From positions 3,526,980 to 3,590,979 of the forward strand of contig NW_002060947.1 of the NCBI RefSeq assembly GCF_000150275.1: a stretch of DNA of 64,000 bases, given 5' to 3'. Below the pieces are notes generated by a model that saw nothing but the letters and a program-made list of their open reading frames with translations, did no database searches and had not been told where the DNA came from. Positions 56,601 to 64,000 of the stretch are shown here, piece after piece; positions within the stretch are counted from its first letter, which is position 1; every line of letters begins with the position of its first letter. Made by a program: the position numbers and the translations under genes. This DNA comes from Trichoplax adhaerens (taxonomy: Eukaryota > Animalia > Placozoa).

Positions 56601-58354
56601 TTTCTAAAATGATGTCACCCCGTTAGGGTAAGATAGATATTGTACTGGCTGACTATACAACCTTAATTAATTAAAACAAAATAAAGAGAAACGAAGTAAA
56701 AAATAACTTTTTCAGCTTATAAACAAACACGGGTTGTTGAAGGAGTTCGATAAAGCATATTAGTATTGGGTAATCTATGGATACGTTCCCTTATTAATGA
56801 AAGTACAGTACTACCAATCAACATTCCTTCTTATCCTTTCAACTTTAATTCATTCTAAAATGATAGATAGCTTAGTCTAAACGAGTTATGAAATCTTTAA
56901 ACTGAGCTACTGTAGATAAAAGTCATTTCACAGTCGGTAATACGTAAAAATACCTCAAATATATATTGTTGTATTATATAGAGACTGTACTACTATCCTA
57001 TCACAGATTGCATAATTTATACTGAAATTTGCAATAGCATATTGGTAAATATGAAATTATACAGTGGTAATTTTCTCTTAAAACAATCAGCGTCTTCTCA
57101 AGAGAATGGCATCGGTTGCACTCACTCAAGTAGATAGGTGATCGAAGACAATCCAGTCCAGTACAGTACTGTATTTGCCAATCAACGTCAATTTGCAGTA
57201 TACGAGCGTACAGTAGAGTAACACTTAGTACTACTGCATATTTACTGATAATTGCGACCAGCATTCTGCAAAATTATTTAACGCGTAATTTTATCTATCT
57301 AACAGTTTTGTAGCACAGTACAGTAATTTCAACTGAATAATTACAACATTTGTACAGGATATGAAAATATGCGATCAAATATTTGATGCTTTCTGTAATT
57401 ATAATTACACAATATTATTACACTTAAGTTATAATGCTATCACATATTGCACTTTTGCTTTCTACAGATTACTGTACATATCATAATAAAGCATATACTA
57501 ATCAATTTTAGCCAGGCATGACTATTACAAGTCATTCCCATGTACTGTAAATACCAATCAGTAATATTAGTATACTAGTATATGGTACTATCGATGATAG
57601 TGACGGATTTTTACTAGTTTCCTCTTAAAATTAGAAGTTCCTGGTATACTTCTGTAGCGTATAGAACGGTTTTAGAGCACCACTTACGATGAGAATTTGA
57701 TCCGCACACACATCTCGTCTGTTCATTGAGCGTTGCAATTTCTGGACTAAAGCAGCAACTGTAAACTTATTTAATATGCACACCCAATGAAAAGATCAGG
57801 ATTACATAAGAAATAAGCTTGACATAAATCCCTGTTTGCAGTAATACACGGCACAAGTAGAGACGCAGTAAAATATTTAGTTATAAGGGAAATGCAGTGT
57901 ACAAACGTACCGGCGGTATGTGTCCGTATAGTATAATACCACAAGTGGAAAATCTCTTCTGCATTGTATACATAGTAATTTTATCAAATGTTACAGATGT
58001 ATTACTTTTCAAAAATTTTATTGTTCGACGTTCCTAATAGTCATTGAACACATTGCTTTATCAAAGTTTACTTAACAGCAAAAATAGCTTTTGTAACACT
58101 AATCCAACATGAAGGTAATTGTACATCAAACAGCAGCATTTTATACGAATTAGGATCATAATCAATTCGTATTTTCAGTTTATAGCGCAAGGCATGCATT
58201 AAATAATAAAAATACAATAATGTCGAAACCAGGATCTAAACAGTACCTCCATTAGGTCTCAGACGTTGAAAGAGATTTAGATTGACATAGGTCAAATCAA
58301 ATAGAGAGATCAAATTACTTAAATGCATCCATCTCAATCGAAGCAAAACGTTGA

Positions 58355-60606
58355 TTACAGTTTCTTCTTATTATTCTTCACACCATATAAACTACTTTTC
58401 TCCGACATTGTAAAATTACGCGCTATCAATCCACCTATAATAACTATAAATTAAAAATGCAATGTTATCAATCCTTTCTCTAAAATAGTTGAAACAACAT
58501 AGCGCAAATACTAACATTCAAATGATAAAACAATAAGAAACTCAATCGTTACACAATACTAAGATCAAAGATACTTACTCAATAAGGAAAATACACCAGA
58601 CGAGACTAATGCAACTCTAGATCCACTAATAATGGCAGGAATTAAATAAAATACTAACGAAACTAAAACAATTGTCCACCAAATTGTAGTTAATAGGAAA
58701 GTAGTACGGTTACGATGGGCGTAACACCTAGGCCAACCAACAGTGCCTTTTTGCAAATATTCATCCATCAATTGATCCTACAAGCATCATTCTTAATTAG
58801 ATACAACGATTATATGTATATTATGTTAAATCATTCAGGTATCATACCTTTGTCACGTATAATTCCCTTAAAAATTTTGTGCAAGCTTGTTCGTCATCTT
58901 CACCTCGTATCACAGAGATCGGAAGGCGCCTAAATTCAGGCAAAAAATAGTATTTAAGATCTTCATTACTTGAATTAACGAGGATCAAAACTAATATTTT
59001 TGTATCTGGACCAGTAGAAATGCTTTGATATCGTGTATCTAAGCGAGAATATAAAGGACGGTAGGTTCTTATACATAATTATAGTTACCTTACAAGAAGA
59101 ACTATTTTACAAGGTTTGCAGAACAACAAGTGCATTAGGCTAGGCAACGTATCGGGAAATATGAAAGTGGTATCGTAGATTGCATCACCTGGTGGTTTGG
59201 CAGCCAAATCGTAAAGAAATTTTTATGAATAATTCAATATATCTAAAGAATGATATACAGTTTTATATAATGGAGTTATTGCTAACATTTTTCCTTTAGA
59301 CAACTATATGCAAGTGTAAAGCCCTTAACACGAGGCTGCATGTGGTGTTTAAGAACTGGAAGGCCATTTTTTTTTGCAAATTCAACACTTTTTAGGTATT
59401 TTTCTTTCGTGTACCTTGTACCTTCTGCAAATATTGTTAACTTTAAAATAAAATTTACAATCAGACTAGCAACGTGGGAAAAGACGAGTAACACCAAGAT
59501 GATTTATAAATGCGGTAAATACTTATAGTATTACCCATAAAGGAAAAGGCCCTTCTTTCAAACTTTTTAACTGCCGTTCCAGAGATATAGAATCTTTAGC
59601 CCAGTCCCTCTTAACAAAGAGATGTTCTAAGTTCCAGAAAGAGAAACCGAGTAGGGGGACGTACTTTATTGCTGATTTCAAATAGCATTTTGTAGCCTTC
59701 AATTCAAATATATTTCAAATATGTTTCAAATGTAAGTATTTACCGTAATAAATAAATAGATGCTGATTTTTCATGTACTTCTTTCGAGTTATTGAGTGAA
59801 AAATGCAACTTTTTTCATTGCGTTTTAAACATTATAACATGTGAGACATGAAGAAATAGTACTTTCGTATGATAAATGTGCACGTGATAAAGTAAGGTTA
59901 TAGATTATAATATATTAATTATACTGTAAATCCGAATATTTACCGGCACCATATTAAACCTATCAGCGAACGTCAGGCCAATCAGCCAGTCAACATCGCT
60001 ACGATGATTTGCGACAATCAGTGCATTTTCCTTTCCGAAATATTTATCATCATCATTCGGGCAATAAACTTCCCATTCTAAGCCACTCCAGAATTCAGGC
60101 AATGCCGTTAAATCTATACAAATAAGTTATCATTTTTATTATAGAGCACAACATATGCGTTTTGTAGGTTGTAAAGAGATGCAACTCTTTGATATCGTAT
60201 GTGTATGTAGTCAATAGTTTATATAATCTGCAGTAAAAAATACTAGAACAGCACATAAGATAGACAACAGAAGGTACGATATTGTAGAGCTGTACATTCT
60301 TACATGATGCAGCACCATAACTCTTTCACTGCATGAATAGAGAAAATATAATTGATTCATCTGCAGTATAAAGTAATAGCATCACTGTATTAATGATTAC
60401 AATACTACTGTACATAAGATACTGTACTTACTTGCAAGCCATAGGCGACCTATTGCCATAGATACGTGTCTATAATATACTTTAGATATTGGCCAAAGAA
60501 CTAACGAAAGGATATGAAAAATGCATGCAAACGTTCCGCTAACAAAAAAGACGGTTGCATACAAGAACCAAGCCAATGGTGATTTCTTAAAAGCCGTAAG
60601 CGCCAT
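58355..60606 (-). CDS. 1-acyl-sn-glycerol-3-phosphate acyltransferase, AGPAT3/AGPAT4-like, 8 coding exons
   Basis: NHRSDVDW (NHx4D motif), KYVPLLG, LFVKRDWAKD, IFAEGTR, LPVLKHH.QPRVKGF, AIYDTT, C-terminal TM segments and a KKKL* ER-retrieval end. Confidence 0.9.
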
Positions 60607-62720
60607 TATTTCAATCCACTGAATCGGCACTGTGAAAAGCAATGAGTGTGCAAAATAAGTACATTTTATGTACGCCTGTAATAGAGATTTAATTGGTACT
60701 CGCCCCACTCTTGAATCATGATAACTCTCAGGACATACGAGTAACAGTAATGGAAAGCAGCTACATCAACAATCACGAACAAATCAAATGTCTATGTTTA
60801 ACTATGCAAATCACAAACCAAAATTAATTGTAACTCCATTTAAGCACTGATCCTTAAATAGCTTATAGTATCGTAGAACGAGCATCTAAAGTTACTTCAT
60901 TTCAAAATCAGCGAAATATCTGACTATCACAATTCAGTCACTCATGCAAAATGACATTATTCCTATAAACACAACTTAAGGGTATGCATACATAATTGCT
61001 GTAGATAGCACGATCAGCACGAAGTTAACAAAAGAAGACTCAAAGCCTAGCACATATGCTGTTTACTATCTGCCTTGATACATATACCCATACTGTACAG
61101 TTCTCAACATTATAACATGGTGCAATTTTAGTTGAAGAATCTGTTGTGCGCTGATTTTCGTTGTTTTATCTCACTCGTACTAATGAAGCTTACGCACAGT
61201 AGCGATGATTATCTTAACCTATCATACAGAGTACTTTTGCACCTGAGATGCAATTACCGCAGTTTAGCATGCAAATAAATAAATAAATACGTCAAATCAT
61301 AGTTGAAATGAGGCGTTGTACTATACACGTATGAGTGAGTATGGTGCAGACGGCAGTGTTTACTATTTAATGTTAAGGTTTTTCTCGCGTTGTAAAAGGC
61401 AGTTGCCCGATTGGACGCATCCGCAGGTAAATACCAGGCTTCTGAATACAGTAAGTAGTAGTGTCCTGCATTTGACTAAATGTTGATTCCAACATTTGCG
61501 CAGTCACGCCTCATGCATACGTTAAATCAAATAAATTAAATTAAAAAAAAAAATTAAATTTATTTTGCGATAGATTATAGAATATACATGTTAGACACTA
61601 AAGAATTACCATAGAGGTTTTACGTCCATGAATCAGTCGACTCAGAAAAAGTTCAAAAATATATTAGTACTTTGCGCATAACACATGCATGTCAATATTG
61701 AATGGTGTACTATTAATGGCATAGTTTAGCTCATAATGAATTGATGCAAAGATATACTGCTCTAGATCCAGTATGCACTATTGCAGATTTCACTATTAGC
61801 ACGTCGAGTAACCAATAATTCATATTATGCGACTCAGGCGAATTGCAATATTGTAACACTGTGAATAATGATCAAGCTAGCTTTCATATCGACGTTTGGG
61901 AAATAAAATTCGATGCATCCAATGTTTATTAAGGAATATAACACCATTGAGCAAATGCTTGCCAGCAAGTATACATCAACCGTTTCAAAGTGCTGTCGGT
62001 ATTGCTTTAAACTAAACTACAGCACTGTATTTATTTACAGTTGAATGCTAAACAAATAAATGTTCAGTCTTCTACAGCAGAATCGATCATTCTGCAATCG
62101 CGGTCCGGTCGATATTGAGCTAATTTATTCTATAGCAAAAGATTCTGCTTGATTGACTCCCACCCTGCTACCTATAACGATGGATAGATCAGTTATTCGA
62201 TAATGTGCGGTGCAATAGGAGTATAGTATTGCATTGCCTTTAGACACTTTGCCATATTGTTTTGAAGTACCTTACTGCTAGTGAAAAATTGTATGCGTAG
62301 GTGCAGTAAGTTAAAAATTGGTGAAAGCGTAGCAGCAGGGACTTTCTTAAACCATCAATATACAGTACAGTACAGTACTGTACTGTACAGGAGGATAAAG
62401 TGACCTCGATGCAAGTGTAGGTGTCGTGTAGTGTGATCAATGCTATTGCACTCGACATACTGTAATACAGTGCGACCACTGTCGTTAGCCTTTGTACTAC
62501 TGTATATTGGCATAGGAGGGTATATCTACAGTAGTAGTCCATAAAGGGACTAGCCAGATCCCCCAAAATAGTAAATTGCAGCGGATGCTATCAATATTAT
62601 CTGCACATGTGTTCATGTTCCTATTGCATTGATGTAGGCTATAAAAATCACTTTCTCAACGATGCCAATGCTTGTATATACAGATGACATCAATAACAAG
62701 AAGAAAGGATCTTAACTCAC

Positions 62721-62900
62721 CTCAAGTTGTGGATGTTACAGTAATCTTCAAACGCTCATCCAAACATGCAGACTTGCAAAATGTTAATCGCAATACTCGT
62801 GCATTCGCTTCCAGACAGTTGCAAGTGTTGAGCTTTTAAATCATCCGACCTCAGTTGATATACGATAGTTGTTGATATATACGTGACAGATACAGTACTG
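62721..62900 (-). other. Probable non-coding 5' exon of the AGPAT gene
   Basis: Consensus donor GAG|GTGAGT at 62720 on the - strand closing a GC-richer segment upstream of the AGPAT ATG; the 5' boundary is approximate. Confidence 0.35.
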
Positions 62901-63034
62901 TGATGCACCGTGTTGTGACTTGTGACCCCTCGTGACCTCTGAATCTGATTCACGCAGCAGAGTTCATGTACACTGATACGAGACTCTGAACCACATAGAG
63001 TACGTTGCTACAATGCACAGTACAATGTGGTAAT

Positions 63035-63300
63035 CTGTACTGTGCACTGTACACTGTACAGTTCTTTTATCAGTCCGCGCAGATGTCGACCAAAAGCTGC
63101 TGACGTGTGATTGATTGCTAGGCGAAGTACTGTACTGTACAGTACATTGTACAGTACATAGTCATTAACAGTACTGTACTGTACAGTGTACAGTACTGTA
63201 CGTACAGTATTAGAAAAGATACCGGTAATTTTTCGACTAGCCTATTAGGTTATACTGTACTGTACAGTCATATAATGAAACTACAGGAATTACTGTACAG
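63035..63300. repeat. TA-CAG/CTG-TA array at the probable AGPAT/divergent-gene promoter
   Basis: gTActgTActgTAcagTAcattgTAcagTAca..cagTActgTActgTAcagtgTAcagTActgTAcgTAcagTA (63128-63209); a smaller block lies at 62359-62389. Confidence 0.85.
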
Positions 63301-63434
63301 TAAAGTAATTAATAATAACTATTGAACCACGGCAGGCTAAACGAATCAATCAACGAACGAACCAACCAACGCACGATCGACTGGAAAACGGAATCCCAGT
63401 GACTATCGCTGCTCAATCCTGGTTCAAGAACAAG

Positions 63435-63441
63435 ATGTCAG
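63435..63441 (+). CDS. Possible first coding exon (ATG TCA G|GT) of a divergent gene
   Basis: aagATGTCAG|gtatct preceded by a GC-richer leader; no downstream exon identified in the window. Confidence 0.2.
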
Positions 63442-64000
63442 GTATCTACTAGTAGAGCTTCATATAAAATCTCTCTCAGTCTCTCTGCTTTCCTTAAACC
63501 CTGCTAAAATAGACGCTGTGCAAATAGGGTACAACCCTAAAACCAATTTGTTAAGAATGTGAATGAATTGAAAAGGTTGTTTCCAAAATTATTCCTGGGA
63601 ATTAAATTTCCCTTTAATGCTCGCATAAGTACAGCACTGCTGTACTTATGAATGATGCAGTGATACGTGTATGTATATATACAGTATACACGTACGCGTA
63701 TATATCTATATAAAGTATAATTAGAATAATTATAATTAATGTAACATTAGTCGGAATAGCATAAACATCAATATAAACTATGACAAAATATGTGTATAAA
63801 GGCGATATTGAGTTCAATAAAGTTAAAGTATATTCTAGATAATAATTAGTAAGAATTAAATTGAGCTTGTATTATTATATGGGATGTTATGCTAATATCA
63901 TGGATTGTCAGATATGGTTTAAGACAAGTTCCGTCGAATTACTTCGTGTGATCAATCCCGATACGTATAGTATACATCGCATAAAACTATGGAGAGAAAT

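Noticed and set aside
62240-62566. 108-aa ORF
   Set aside because: Contains pentamer-derived CTVQYCTVLY, has a non-ATG start and no recognisable domain.

Overview
AT-rich, gene-dense eukaryotic DNA with many short GT-AG introns. The compaction and the divergent but clearly animal proteins suggest an early-branching metazoan, placozoan (Trichoplax)-like; this is inference only. Splicing exons by hand gives, left to right: a long Pro/Ser-rich protein ending in a MAP4K/GCK-I-type CNH domain with no visible kinase (-); a sialin-like SLC17 transporter (-); a probable unannotated micro-exon gene (+); RARS1 (-); two tandem SLC36/PAT transporters (-); DNAJC8 (-); a 10-copy 54-57 bp minisatellite; a Quaking/STAR gene (+); YARS1 with a C-terminal EMAP-II-like domain (-); and an AGPAT3/4-like acyltransferase (-). 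Two observations stand out. (1) Dense mixed-orientation TA-CAG-TA / TA-CTG-TA arrays, identical to the Sleeping-Beauty-type Tc1/mariner excision footprint, pile up at the 5' ends of housekeeping genes. A 3-copy promoter repeat shows them arising de novo at TA sites. (2) YARS1 is otherwise pristine but lacks about 72 codons of its catalytic core, leaving a frameshifting junction. No tRNA, rRNA, CRISPR array or intact transposase was recognised.
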